In this document: positions 38,744 to 48,089 of the stretch, piece by piece
Numbering within the stretch: position 1 is the first letter of the stretch
Layout of the letters: every line of letters begins with the position of its first letter
Virus record (IMG/VR): IMGVR_UViG_3300013823_000004
Reading direction: 5' to 3' (one strand)
DNA: 64,000 nucleotides
Source of the DNA: an uncultured virus (IMG/VR IMGVR_UViG_3300013823_000004)
Lineage: Duplodnaviria; Heunggongvirae; Uroviricota; Caudoviricetes
Translations under genes and position numbers: made by a program
Notes under the pieces: generated by a model
Databases searched by the model: none
What the model was told of the DNA's origin: nothing
The model's input: the letters and a program-made list of their open reading frames with translations, nothing else

Positions 38744-39162
38744 GCGAGCAGGATCCGGATGGGATAGTGGTGCTCGACCTCGCGCTTCTTGATGCGGAAC
38801 TCCTTCGTCTCGCGGCCCTTCACGTCGACGAACTGCACCTCGCCCGAGCGCAGGAACACCAGGAAGTCGAGGACATACTTCGTGCCACCGGGCAGGTGCA
38901 CCGGCACCTGGCGTAGCCAGAAGTGCACCTCTCCGGCCTGCCGCCTGACCTTCAGCTGCTCGTAGTAGCGGGCCTCCTTCTTCGAGTCGAAGCGGATGCC
39001 GTCCACCACGGTGATCGTGTTCCCGTACTTCGCACGCTTCGTCGGCTCGGCCGGCGGTGGCGGTTCGGCCTGGCCAGCGGTGCCAGTGCTCTTCAGGAAC
39101 AGCGCGCGCATGCCCTCGGGCATGTCCTCGATGCGGTTGAAACGGAGGGAGCGGTTACTCAC
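38740..39162 (-). CDS. DUF1064-like PD-(D/E)xK nuclease
   Basis: KYGN....DGIRFDSKKEA.YY..L..RQV..Y.LDF..DVKG. Confidence 0.85.
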   Translation of the reverse strand: MSNRSLRFNRIEDMPEGMRALFLKSTGTAGQAEPPPPAEPTKRAKYGNTITVVDGIRFDSKKEARYYEQLKVRRQAGEVHFWLRQVPVHLPGGTKYVLDFLVFLRSGEVQFVDVKGRETKEFRIKKREVEHHYPIRILLA

Positions 39163-39683
39163 TGGCCAGGCCCGTCCATGAGCATGGCGCGCGCGCGTTT
39201 CTTAATCTCCTCCACGTCGGCCATGAACCGCGCCGTCGCGGTCGACAGGGCATCGCCGACCATCAGCAGTACCGCATGCTCCCGGCTCAACCCGCTTGGG
39301 TCACCGATTGGCGCGACGCTGGCCTGGGCCGGCACCGGTGCCGGCGCTGCCAGCTTCGCCGGCTTGGTGCCGGGCGCCATCGGGAACGGCACCGGCTCCA
39401 TGTGCTCCAGTTCGGGTTGGGGGCGCCATGTCGGTTCATGCCGACCATACCGTGTGTTGGGCTTGGCCTCGCCTTGGGCCACCAACTGCTCGCCATGCAG
39501 CGAGCGCAGGAGGCCGGCCACTGCAGCCGGCGTGATCTCGGCACACTGCTTAGGGTGGCCGACCGAGAGCGACGCGCTCGTCATGGCCTCGTGCACCTCA
39601 GCCGCGGTCTGGGCGCCGCCGATCTGCATGATGTGCAGGCACAGCTGGCGGTGATATGCGCGCAGGGCGTCCGGGTTGATCAT
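39159..39683 (-). CDS. Hypothetical protein
   Basis: 174 aa, coupled. Confidence 0.6.
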   Translation of the reverse strand: MINPDALRAYHRQLCLHIMQIGGAQTAAEVHEAMTSASLSVGHPKQCAEITPAAVAGLLRSLHGEQLVAQGEAKPNTRYGRHEPTWRPQPELEHMEPVPFPMAPGTKPAKLAAPAPVPAQASVAPIGDPSGLSREHAVLLMVGDALSTATARFMADVEEIKKRARAMLMDGPGQ

Positions 39684-39880
39684 GTCCCCTTCTTTTCCGG
39701 CAGCGGGCCGGCGTAGTGCGTGATCGGGATCTGGCGCATGCCTTCGCGCCACACGGTCTGCTCGGCGGATGCGTAGAGCACCAAGGGTCGGAGGCCATAG
39801 CCGAAGCAGAGGTACCAGCCGGCTGCGGTGGTGGGCTCGGACGCCGGATGCACCTGCAGGTCAATGCGCGGCAGGGACAT
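39680..39880 (-). CDS. Small hypothetical protein
   Basis: 66 aa, ITHYAGPLPE ending common in phage early genes. Confidence 0.55.
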   Translation of the reverse strand: MSLPRIDLQVHPASEPTTAAGWYLCFGYGLRPLVLYASAEQTVWREGMRQIPITHYAGPLPEKKGT

Positions 39881-40314
39881 CAGCGCTCCCCTCCCGGCAC
39901 ACCACGCCAGACGTAGTCGCCCTTGTCCTCGACCATCACCGGCTCGCTGGCCTTGCAAGGGCATTCGATGCCAATCAGATGCTCGGCCACCGGTCGCCAG
40001 AAGTTGCGCACGAAGCCGCCCGGTACATGGTTGTCCTCCTCGGCGCCGTCCAGGCCGAAGTCCCCCAGCACTTGGCGCGCGTCGCTCGAGCTGCAGCGCC
40101 CGCCATTGCGGCTGATGCTGATGTGGTATTCCGGCCCCTTGTCGATGTCGCCGGGATCGGACGCCACCTCCACTGCCGAGATCACCTTCAGGCCGCGGCC
40201 TGGGTGGGCGTACATGCGCGCATCAAACCCGAGCGACACCCACGCCGGCGGCCGGGGCAACTCAATCCAGCCGGCAGCGGCCGCTGGCGCCTTGGGCGGA
40301 ATGACCTGGATCAT
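39880..40314 (-). CDS. Hypothetical protein
   Basis: 144 aa, coupled. Confidence 0.6.
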   Translation of the reverse strand: MIQVIPPKAPAAAAGWIELPRPPAWVSLGFDARMYAHPGRGLKVISAVEVASDPGDIDKGPEYHISISRNGGRCSSSDARQVLGDFGLDGAEEDNHVPGGFVRNFWRPVAEHLIGIECPCKASEPVMVEDKGDYVWRGVPGGER

Positions 40315-40970
40315 GGCCCCTGCTCCTCCAGCGCGCGCTGCACCTGGGCCAGTCGCTCGCGCACGCTCTGCGGCGCCGCCGCCGTCGCTTGGACCTTCCC
40401 CTCCAGCAACCGCGACGCATCGATCGCCGGCGCTTCCTGAGACAGCAGGTGCTGGGCGACCTCCTCGTGCGCCAGCAGGCCGCCGGCGACAGCCTGGCGG
40501 AGGGCGGCGTCGCGCGCGTGGACATCGCGGCCGAGCGATGCGACGTAGCGCGCCGGCAGCCGGGCCGCGCGCGCCGCCTTCAGCGCCCTGCCGTAGGCCT
40601 CGACGAACGCCAGTCGGGCCGCCACCTTGTCGCCGGCGGCTAGTAGCGGTCTGCAGGCCTTCCAGGCCTCGGCCACCTCCCCGGTCCAGACGACGGTGTT
40701 GTTCTCGTCCCACGCCGGCAGCGCAGCGGCCCAGGCCTCGTTCGGCGCCAGGTGCCCGTCGTCGATCCGCTCGAGGACCGCGGCCAGCGTGAGCCGGCCC
40801 TTGATCTCGCGCCGGCAGGCCGTGAGCGCTGCCAGCACCGCCGGCAGCGGATAGCCGGCCAGATCCTCCGCCATCATCGCTGCGGCGACGCCGCTGATCT
40901 GGTCGCCCATGATCTCGGCCGTGGCCACGACTGCTTGCACCAGCTGCCGCAGGTGCTCATTGCTCGCCAT
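40311..40970 (-). CDS. Probable helicase loader/replication accessory (P position)
   Basis: 219 aa directly after initiator; NEAWA..ARLAFVEAY. Confidence 0.6.
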   Translation of the reverse strand: MASNEHLRQLVQAVVATAEIMGDQISGVAAAMMAEDLAGYPLPAVLAALTACRREIKGRLTLAAVLERIDDGHLAPNEAWAAALPAWDENNTVVWTGEVAEAWKACRPLLAAGDKVAARLAFVEAYGRALKAARAARLPARYVASLGRDVHARDAALRQAVAGGLLAHEEVAQHLLSQEAPAIDASRLLEGKVQATAAAPQSVRERLAQVQRALEEQGP

Positions 40971-41889
40971 CGTTCTTCCCCTTCCGCCGCTCGAGGATGC
41001 TCATCGCCTCGTCGGCGGCGCACGCGTTGGTCTGGGTGCGATCGAGCTGCCGCGCGCCGGTGTCGGTCACGGTGCGGCCGGTCGCCCACTGCGTCCGGTA
41101 GGCCTCGGCCCGGCTGAGCAGCGAACCCACGTCGTGGCAGGCCTTCACCACCCACGCCTCGTTCACGCAGCGGACGTACCAGGCAGCCACCTCCGGCGCC
41201 TCGGCGCGCCCGATGCGCTTCACGAAGTCCTTCATCTGGGAGCTGACCTTCTCGTTCCGCACCGGCTGCACCTGGTAGCGCTCGGCATAGGCGGTCCGGT
41301 ATGCGGCCCAGGTGGCCCTGCAGGCGGCCTGAAGTTCGGCTTCGAGCTCCGCCTTCGAGCGCGCCGCCGGCGGCGGCGCTACTGGCGGTTCTTCTGGAGG
41401 TTCAATGGAGGTTAATTGACGGTTAGGCGGCACCTGGTGCAGGGGGTCCTGCACCTCCTGCAGCCCTGGACCGGCACCACGTGCAGCCCCCCCTGCATCC
41501 TGTTCACCCCCTGCATTTGGTGCAGGGGGTGAACCAGCTGCACCCCCTGCATCTGCTGCACCCCCTGCATCGGGTGCAGCCCCTGCGGCGGCTTTGGGGG
41601 CCCGCCGCCGGCCAGTGTCGGTTGCCGGCGTGTACGCCCCGGGGGTGACCTTGAACACGGAACTGCTGTTGAAGCGCCGCTCGCGCGCGATCAAGCCAAC
41701 CGCGACGAGGTGGTCGATCGCCGTGCGCACCGCGCGCTCGGACATGCAGCAGCGCTTGGCGACAGTGCCGACGGCCGGCCAGCAGACGCCCTCGTCGTTG
41801 GCCTGGTCTGCCAGCGAGATCAGCACCACCTTCTGGGTGACGCTCAAGCCCTGCAGCTTCCAGCATTCGGCGGTGATGATCGTGGACAT
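40957..41889 (-). CDS. Replication initiator with N-terminal wHTH
   Basis: KVVLISLADQANDEGVCWPAV.TVAKRCCMSER.V..AI..L...GLI; internal iterons. Confidence 0.85.
   Translation of the reverse strand: MSTIITAECWKLQGLSVTQKVVLISLADQANDEGVCWPAVGTVAKRCCMSERAVRTAIDHLVAVGLIARERRFNSSSVFKVTPGAYTPATDTGRRRAPKAAAGAAPDAGGAADAGGAAGSPPAPNAGGEQDAGGAARGAGPGLQEVQDPLHQVPPNRQLTSIEPPEEPPVAPPPAARSKAELEAELQAACRATWAAYRTAYAERYQVQPVRNEKVSSQMKDFVKRIGRAEAPEVAAWYVRCVNEAWVVKACHDVGSLLSRAEAYRTQWATGRTVTDTGARQLDRTQTNACAADEAMSILERRKGKNDGEQ
41436..41586. repeat. Replication origin iterons
   Basis: CCCCCTGCAT at 41489, 41507, 41543, 41561 (18-bp phase), partial at 41579, inverted copies at 41438 and 41521; AT-rich patch at ~41401-41419. 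Confidence 0.8.
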
Positions 41890-41890
41890 G

Positions 41891-42397
41891 CTACGGGCAC
41901 CCCATCAGCTGCACGGCTGTGCCTGGCAGCGCCTCGGGCAGGCTGAACTGCGCACGCATGCCCGGCGCGACCTGGTGCTGCTGCCGCGGTGCCGCGTTGA
42001 GCTGTTCCAGGGCGGCGGCTATCCGGGCGAGCACCAGCGCATGCTGTTCGTTGGCCTGGGCGAGCTGCTCCAGCAGCTGCTCACGGCGTTCCTCGGTCGG
42101 CACCCGGCGCACCTCGTAGCCGAGGTCGGCGGCCATGGCCAGGAACAGCTGGTGTCGGCCGAAGCGCTTCATCAGCGCCCAGAGCTCGCCGATCTTGAAG
42201 AACTCGGCCTTGTTCGGGTTCATGCAGCTGTTGAACTTCGCGACGGCGCTCTCCCAGGTGGTGAGCTTGTCCTTGTCCCAGAAGCCCTCGTCGAGCAGGA
42301 ACTGCACCATCTCGTTTCGGGTGCGTGCGTCGACGTCCAGGGTCTGCTTCAGGGCCGCGAATGCGCTTCGCAGCCACGCCTCATCGGTCCACGGCAT
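41891..42397 (-). CDS. CII-like regulatory protein
   Basis: 168 aa between cro and initiator; ..LNP....F...EL..LM..FG pattern. Confidence 0.55.
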   Translation of the reverse strand: MPWTDEAWLRSAFAALKQTLDVDARTRNEMVQFLLDEGFWDKDKLTTWESAVAKFNSCMNPNKAEFFKIGELWALMKRFGRHQLFLAMAADLGYEVRRVPTEERREQLLEQLAQANEQHALVLARIAAALEQLNAAPRQQHQVAPGMRAQFSLPEALPGTAVQLMGCP

Positions 42398-42528
42398 GGT
42401 GGGTGCCTCGTTTCAGGTGGGTAGGTGCCCGCGGCCGTGCGTGCACGGCTGGTCCGAAAGCACGGGTCAGGTCTCGGCCGGCCGCCGGTGGCAGAATCGG
42501 GCTACATGAACGATGGGAGGGATGCCCG

Positions 42529-42861
42529 ATGGAGTACGAACAGCTGCAGCGCCTGCACGCCGACCTGGACGTACGGATCGCCTCGCTGCGGGTGATGGTC
42601 GCGACGATCATTGGCAATCATCCGCAGCCCGAACAGGCGCTGGCGCCTCTTGAGCACGTCGCGGCGCACTGCGCCACGCTCCTAGACGACGCAGCAGACG
42701 TGCCGCCCATCCAGCGCGCGCGGGCGCAGGCCTACGTGGCCGAGCTTCAGGAGCTGAAGCGGCTACTGGCGCGGACCAGGAATGCCCGGGCCGGCATAGT
42801 TGCTCGCCGCGCAGCGCGGTCACGTCGACAACAAGAACAGGACCACGATCTGGACCGCTGA
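42529..42861 (+). CDS. Small antisense-oriented helical protein
   Basis: 110 aa, GGGAGG RBS, TGGCAGAAT extended -10 upstream. Confidence 0.55.
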   Translation: MEYEQLQRLHADLDVRIASLRVMVATIIGNHPQPEQALAPLEHVAAHCATLLDDAADVPPIQRARAQAYVAELQELKRLLARTRNARAGIVARRAARSRRQQEQDHDLDR

Positions 42862-43102
42862 CGGTTGTCTGGCTGCGCGTGGCCCGACCTACATCGGCCT
42901 GCAACCGCTGCACCTGCTGCTGCAGCGCGCGGTTCTGCCGCTCCACGGCGCCGAGCCGGCGCAGGATGGCCGCGGCCAGCGTCGGGTTCTTGATGTCGGG
43001 CGCGCTCGGCGGCTTGCTCATGCTGCACCGCCGGCTGAATAGGTGGCGTTCTCCCAGTAGGCTTGGTGGTCCGACCCAGCCACACCTACGAAGGAGAACG
43101 CC

Positions 43103-43360
43103 ATGGAAAACTCACTGCCGCCTTTCGATCCGACCGATCCGATCGCCGCGGCCTTGGCGCAGATACAGGGCGACCAACTGGCGCTGACAGCTGCAGTGCA
43201 TGCCCTCATTGCGATCCACCCGGAGCCGGTGCGCTGGGCAGCTGCCCTTGAGCATGAACTGGATCGATTGCGGGAGCACTGGCTCCAATTCCCCGATCCC
43301 GGGCAGTACCAGACGGAGAATCGAATCGAAGACTGGTGTAACGCTTTGCGCACGCGCTAG
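43103..43360 (+). CDS. Small antisense-oriented helical protein
   Basis: 85 aa, AAGGAG RBS, TAGGCT -10 upstream. Confidence 0.65.
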   Translation: MENSLPPFDPTDPIAAALAQIQGDQLALTAAVHALIAIHPEPVRWAAALEHELDRLREHWLQFPDPGQYQTENRIEDWCNALRTR

Positions 43361-43573
43361 ACGCGATCAGCAGTGCAGCTGGCAGACCCAGGACCTCCTG
43401 GACCTCCTGGACCATCGATTCCACCAACTGCGGCAGTGGAGCACAGCACGCACATCGCGGAGACGCCCTGTGCCCCACCAGCGCGCGCCGCCGCATGAGC
43501 TGCAGGCGTGCGGCGACCAGCCGCCGGCCTCCGCCGGCCCTCTTCCGAGGATTGCCGAGGGTGCGCCTGGCCA

Positions 43574-43846
43574 TCAGGCTCCCTCCACCGGGACGATCCG
43601 CTCGGCATCCGGATCCGGCTCGCCGACCGGTGCCGGTGCTGGCGCCGGCCTCACGCCCTCGAACACGTCCAGGGCTTCGATCAGCTGCTGCAGGCTGGTG
43701 ACCGTCGGATTGGTGATCTGCCCGTGCGCCAGCTTCGTCAGCCACGAGTAGCTGATCTGGTCGTTCTGGCGGGCGAGCTCCGCGTACTGGCCTTCGTGTC
43801 GACGAAGGCGCCCCACGGTCTTTTGCAGAAGGGTGTCGGCATCCAT
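43574..43846 (-). CDS. Cro-like HTH regulator
   Basis: 90 aa; ELAR..ISYSWLTKL..G.ITNPTV.SLQ.L; divergent from repressor. Confidence 0.8.
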   Translation of the reverse strand: MDADTLLQKTVGRLRRHEGQYAELARQNDQISYSWLTKLAHGQITNPTVTSLQQLIEALDVFEGVRPAPAPAPVGEPDPDAERIVPVEGA

Positions 43847-43858
43847 GCGCCAAGAAAT

Positions 43859-43913
43859 AGCATTTAAATGCCTAACGGACAAGCACCGAAATGCCCAGGC
43901 CAGTGCTTACGCT
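43859..43913. promoter_or_regulatory. OR-like operators and divergent promoters
   Basis: AGCATTTAAATGCC (43859-43872), AGCACCGAAATGCC (43882-43895); TACGCT 6 nt before repressor ATG. Confidence 0.7.
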
Positions 43914-43919
43914 CGAAAG

Positions 43920-44300
43920 ATGAACAAGACTGATGCGTCCCTTGTCTTCACCTCGAACGTACGACGCCTGATGGCCGCGCACAGCGACTCCCAGGCGTCA
44001 CTCGCGGCGCGGGCAAAGGTCTCGCAGCGAGCCATCGGCGATCTGATGACCTACGGCCGCTCGCATTTCAAGAACCCGACCCTGAAGACCATCGAAGGCG
44101 TCGCCATCGCCTACAACCTGCCGGTGTGGACCCTGATGTTGCCCAATGCCTCTGTGGAGCTTCTGGAAAGCGGCATGCTCCCTGCCCTGGTCGAGGGATA
44201 CGCAGAACTCGGGGCAGTGGGGCGCGACGCCATGCACAGCACACTCTCGCGCGAGCAGCGCTACCTCGCAGGTGGGGAAGTTCAAAGCAAATCCGCATAG
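43920..44300 (+). CDS. CI-like XRE repressor lacking a peptidase domain
   Basis: 126 aa; NVRRLM..SQASLAARAKVSQRAI..NPTLKTIE.VA.AYNLPVW.L. Confidence 0.82.
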   Translation: MNKTDASLVFTSNVRRLMAAHSDSQASLAARAKVSQRAIGDLMTYGRSHFKNPTLKTIEGVAIAYNLPVWTLMLPNASVELLESGMLPALVEGYAELGAVGRDAMHSTLSREQRYLAGGEVQSKSA

Positions 44301-44309
44301 GAACAGGAC

Positions 44310-44687
44310 ATGGGCACAGCGAAACGGACTCGCTCCAGCTACGAAATCGCGTCAGAGATCGCCTCCGTCCTGGAGGGAATCGCTTTGCATCAAGGCCCCC
44401 GAGCCCTGTTGCACCCTGACTCGAAGGTGGCCCTCAACGTTTTCGGGCAGCGGGGATTCTCCGTCTGGACCGGTGAGCTCCCGGAGCCACGCGCCGCTGT
44501 GCGCCTGGCTGACCTCCCGGCCCTCGCCAAGGTCCAGAAAGTTTTCGAACTGGCGACAGCCGAAGGCATGACGCCAGAGCTCAGCGGCCAGATCCTCGCC
44601 GCCCTGCTTCCTCCAGCCATTGACGCCCTTGCGATCGAGGTCTGGACCGGCTTCCTCGAGATCAAGGCCAAGCTCCAGCAGGGCTGA
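44310..44687 (+). CDS. Hypothetical protein co-transcribed with repressor
   Basis: 125 aa, starts 9 nt after repressor stop. Confidence 0.65.
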   Translation: MGTAKRTRSSYEIASEIASVLEGIALHQGPRALLHPDSKVALNVFGQRGFSVWTGELPEPRAAVRLADLPALAKVQKVFELATAEGMTPELSGQILAALLPPAIDALAIEVWTGFLEIKAKLQQG

Positions 44688-44731
44688 TTTTCGCGCCACA
44701 CCCCCTTCGCAACTGCTTTTCGTGCGCCGTT

Positions 44732-44776
44732 GGCATTTTAGTGCTTGACACTGTGAATGTTGAGCACTAGTGTGCT
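44732..44776 (+). promoter_or_regulatory. PL-like early promoter with two operators
   Basis: TTGACA (44745)-N17-TAGTGT (44768); GGCATTTTAGTGCT and AGCACTAGTGTGCT match the OR motif. Confidence 0.8.
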
Positions 44777-44802
44777 TATCAAACCACGCACGGATGGCTC
44801 GC

Positions 44803-45318
44803 ATGTCGCTTCTGTCCACCTCGCTGTACCTCGCAGTCGGCGCCGTCGCAGCGGTAGCGGCCGGCACCCTTCCCTCCCTGGGTGAGCCGGCGGTCGACGA
44901 GCCGGTGGCGGTCCGCGCGCCGGCCGGCCTGGTCATCACCAGCCCGCGCATCTGCGCCGCCCTGGCCGTCTACCGTTTCGCGGACCACGACGACTGGGGC
45001 CTGCGCGGCACCATCGCCATGGCCACGCTCAACGGCTTCCGCGATGCCGGCGCGGTGCCGGACTGCGCCGCCGGCGTCACCGCCGTCGCACAGACGCTGG
45101 AGGATGACGCCAGCCAGCGACGCTGGCAGGCCGCGCTGGACGCCGTCGATGCGGTGACCAGCGGCGATTTCTCGATTTCCCCCGACGCTTGCGCCCGGGC
45201 CAACACGATCATCCCCCTGTCGATCGTGCCGGCCTCCCCTCCGGATGCCGCTCCCCCTGCGGCGGCCCGGGCGCAATGCGTCATCTACGACCTGGCCTTC
45301 GTCGAGGTGCGCCCATGA
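44803..45318 (+). CDS. Exported SleB/Hydrolase_2-like protein, apparently non-catalytic
   Basis: Signal peptide; CAALAVYRFA..WG....IA...LN..W..A; Phe at usual Glu position. Confidence 0.55.
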   Translation: MSLLSTSLYLAVGAVAAVAAGTLPSLGEPAVDEPVAVRAPAGLVITSPRICAALAVYRFADHDDWGLRGTIAMATLNGFRDAGAVPDCAAGVTAVAQTLEDDASQRRWQAALDAVDAVTSGDFSISPDACARANTIIPLSIVPASPPDAAPPAAARAQCVIYDLAFVEVRP

Positions 45319-45626
45319 GCGCGCCGACCCTCCAGCTGTACGTCGAGAAGCAGGCGCTGGTGATCGGCGGCTTGGACGGATCGGTGGTCTACCTGACGCC
45401 GGGTGAGTACGCCGTGGCAGCCGCGCTGGTCGGGAGTCTGGGTAGCGTCGTCACACGCCAGGCCCTGCTCTCCGTGCTGTACCCGGCGCGCGAGCCCGCC
45501 CAGTCAAACACCCTGCAGGTGCTGATCTACCGCCTGCGCAAGAAGCTGCAGGCCGCCGGCGGTGCCTACACCGTGGCGGTCGCCCGCAGCACCGGCTACA
45601 CCCTGCGCGCGCGGGGCGCTGCGTGA
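45315..45626 (+). CDS. Stand-alone OmpR/PhoB-type winged-helix DNA-binding domain
   Basis: LTPGEY....L....G.VVTRQ.LL..LY......NTLQVLIYRLRKKL........GYTL. Confidence 0.85.
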   Translation: MSAPTLQLYVEKQALVIGGLDGSVVYLTPGEYAVAAALVGSLGSVVTRQALLSVLYPAREPAQSNTLQVLIYRLRKKLQAAGGAYTVAVARSTGYTLRARGAA

Positions 45627-45982
45627 ACGCGGTCGTCGAAACGCCGGCCAGTCGTCAAGTATTACTTGACAGCTCAGCGCCGCCTGCCGCTGCGCCGGCG
45701 TTTGCCGCCGTGGACGTAAAGGGCTTCGGCGGTACCCGCGTCCACATGAGTCGCCAGCGCCGCGCCAATGGCACCTGCTGGTGGTGGATCGGCGTCTACG
45801 TTCGCCGGGTCTGCGTCGCCACGGGTGTCAGCGCCATCGGCCGCGATGGTGGCCAGCCGCGTTTCCTGGAGGACGATGCCCAGTACGACGTGGCGCTGGA
45901 TGCCACGTATGTGCACCTCCCCGAGGCATCTTGGCGGCAGCTGAAAGCCTGGGCTGAAGGCCTGGCCGCGGGGGGCAACTGA
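45623..45982 (+). CDS. Hypothetical protein
   Basis: 119 aa, GTGA overlap. Confidence 0.55.
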   Translation: MNAVVETPASRQVLLDSSAPPAAAPAFAAVDVKGFGGTRVHMSRQRRANGTCWWWIGVYVRRVCVATGVSAIGRDGGQPRFLEDDAQYDVALDATYVHLPEASWRQLKAWAEGLAAGGN

Positions 45983-46136
45983 TGCGCCCGGCCGCTCCGA
46001 CCCTGCAGGGCGTGGACGAGCAGTTCAATGCTCTGTTCCGCGGCGCGCTGCTGCCGGCCATCACCGCGCCAGTGGATCCGCATGCCGGCGCACCGGCTCC
46101 GGCTGCCACGCCGGAGCGCGCGGCAGGTGATGCGCC

Positions 46137-46391
46137 GTGAGCGTGCAGCTGCTGGGCGCCGGCTTGGACGCCATCATCCAGCGCGACGTCGGCGCCATGC
46201 CCGGCGCCGGCATCACCGCCGAGCAGCGCCTGCACCGCTACCAGCGCGCGGCCAGCGCCCACCCGGACCGGTGGCGCGACCTGCGCGCGCGGTTCGGCGC
46301 CATCTTCCTCGCCGCCTGGCGCGCCGGCCGGCGCCCCAACCTGCAAGCCTGGCATGCCCGCGCCGCCCAGATCGAGAGGGCGTGCCGGTGA
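46137..46391 (+). CDS. Hypothetical protein
   Basis: 84 aa, coupled. Confidence 0.5.
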   Translation: MSVQLLGAGLDAIIQRDVGAMPGAGITAEQRLHRYQRAASAHPDRWRDLRARFGAIFLAAWRAGRRPNLQAWHARAAQIERACR

Positions 46392-46545
46392 TGGTCTTCC
46401 GCATCTACGCCCCGGGCATTGCCCAGCCCCATGAGGTCCTCGCCGACGCTGAGCAATCGGCCGTCGCCGACGCGCTGTACGCGTGGGGCCTGCGTGCGCT
46501 GCCCGAGGGAACCGTCGTCACGTCCGAACCTACCGGAGACGCCCC

Positions 46546-47679
46546 GTGTTCTTCCGCAACCTGACCTTCTTCCGCTTCCCCGCATCCATCGACTTCGCCG
46601 AGGTCGACACCCTACTGCCGCATGTCACGCTGAAGCCGGTCGGCGCGCTGGAGCACTCCTCCCGCGGCTTCATCTCGCCGTTCGGGCGTGAGGAGAAGGA
46701 GCAGTTCTCGCACCGCATCGGCGATGCGCTGTGGCTGACCGTCGGCGGCGAGGAACGGATGTTGCCGGCCTCGGTGCTCAACGACGCGCTGGCGAAGCGG
46801 CTGGAAGAGATCGAGGAGAAGGAAGGCCGGAAGCTCGGCGGCCGCGAGCGCAAGCGGCTGAAGGACGACCTGCTGCACGAGCTGCTGCCGCGCGCCTTCG
46901 TCAAGAGCTCGCGCACCGACGCCTTCCTCGACCTGCAGCACGGCTACGCCGCCGTCGACACGTCCAGCCGCCGCACCGGCGAGAACGTCATGAGCGACAT
47001 CCGCGGCATGCTCGGCAGCTTCCCGGCCATGCCGCTGAACGCCGAGGTGGCGCCGCGCGCGATCCTGACCGCGTGGATCGCCGGTGAGCCGCTGCCCGAT
47101 GGCCTGAGCCTGGGCGAGGAATGCCAGCTGAAGGACCCGGCCCAGGGCGGCGCGGTGGTGAAGTGCCAGTACCAGGAGCTGCGCTGCGACGAGATCGACA
47201 AGCACCTGGATGCCGGAAAGCAGGTCAGCCGCCTGGCGCTGGTGTTCAAGGACAACCTGTCCTTCGTGCTCGGCGAGGACCTGATCGTCCGCAAGCTGAA
47301 GTTCCTCGACGGCGCCCTGGACCACCTCGAGCACATCGACGAAGAAAGCCGCCGCGCCGAGCTCGACGCCCGGTTCGCCCTGCAGAGCGGCGAAATCCGG
47401 AGCCTGTTCCTGTTGCTCGAGCAGGCGTTCAAGCTGAGCGAGGCCGACCCGCAGGCAGCGAAGGACCCCGCGCCCGCGCCCGCGCGCGACCCGCTCTACT
47501 CGGCTGCGCTCTCCTACGTGACCAGCACCGGCAAGGCCTCGGTCTCGGCGCTGCAGCGCGCGCTGAAGACCGGCTACAACCGCGCGGCGCGCCTGATCGA
47601 AGAGCTCGAGGCCGCCGGCGCCGTGTCCTTCCCCGACCCGCTGTCCGGCGCACGCGTGGTCTTGGCGAGCGCGGGCTGA
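46546..47679 (+). CDS. rdgC: RdgC fused to C-terminal FtsK-gamma domain
   Basis: [30 protein letters not shown]-terminal DPLY..A...V......[24 protein letters not shown]. Confidence 0.9.
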   Translation: MFFRNLTFFRFPASIDFAEVDTLLPHVTLKPVGALEHSSRGFISPFGREEKEQFSHRIGDALWLTVGGEERMLPASVLNDALAKRLEEIEEKEGRKLGGRERKRLKDDLLHELLPRAFVKSSRTDAFLDLQHGYAAVDTSSRRTGENVMSDIRGMLGSFPAMPLNAEVAPRAILTAWIAGEPLPDGLSLGEECQLKDPAQGGAVVKCQYQELRCDEIDKHLDAGKQVSRLALVFKDNLSFVLGEDLIVRKLKFLDGALDHLEHIDEESRRAELDARFALQSGEIRSLFLLLEQAFKLSEADPQAAKDPAPAPARDPLYSAALSYVTSTGKASVSALQRALKTGYNRAARLIEELEAAGAVSFPDPLSGARVVLASAG

Positions 47680-47743
47680 TGCCGACCTCCCTCTCACTCA
47701 CCGCAACCAGTCCGGCCTCGGTGCCGGCGCAGGAGCATGCCTG

Positions 47744-48031
47744 ATGTTCAACCGTCGTATCGGCCTGCTGCAGGCCCTGAGCACGTCCCTCTTCCGCCTC
47801 GCCGGGGGGCCCACGCTTCGCCCGGACCCGCTGGGCACGACGCCCAGGACGGTGGAAAAGACCCACAAGAACGGCTGTGTCAATTCCAACTGGCTCAGCG
47901 CGCGCCGCCGCTGGCTCAACCGCTGGGCGCCGGAGGGTGGTGGTGCGCGCGAGCGGGCGCGCCGCCGCCGGCAGATCGCTGCCGGAACGCTCAACAGCTC
48001 CAACGGCCTGGTGCCGTTCATCACCGATTGA
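47744..48031 (+). CDS. Basic hypothetical protein
   Basis: 95 aa, AGGAG RBS. Confidence 0.55.
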   Translation: MFNRRIGLLQALSTSLFRLAGGPTLRPDPLGTTPRTVEKTHKNGCVNSNWLSARRRWLNRWAPEGGGARERARRRRQIAAGTLNSSNGLVPFITD

Positions 48032-48089
48032 CCACCCCACCCCGGCCACTGCCGCGGTGGCCGGGGCTCCACGGAAACAGGAGACCCAC

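Noticed and set aside
41436..41586. Possible CRISPR-like array (also 58866-58940)
   Set aside because: Repeat periods of 18-19 bp are too short for repeat-spacer units; no cas genes
42608..43021. 137-aa minus-strand ORF in the cro operon
   Set aside because: N-terminal coiled coil is plausible, but the 3' half overlaps a better supported + gene; could not be resolved, so not listed as a feature
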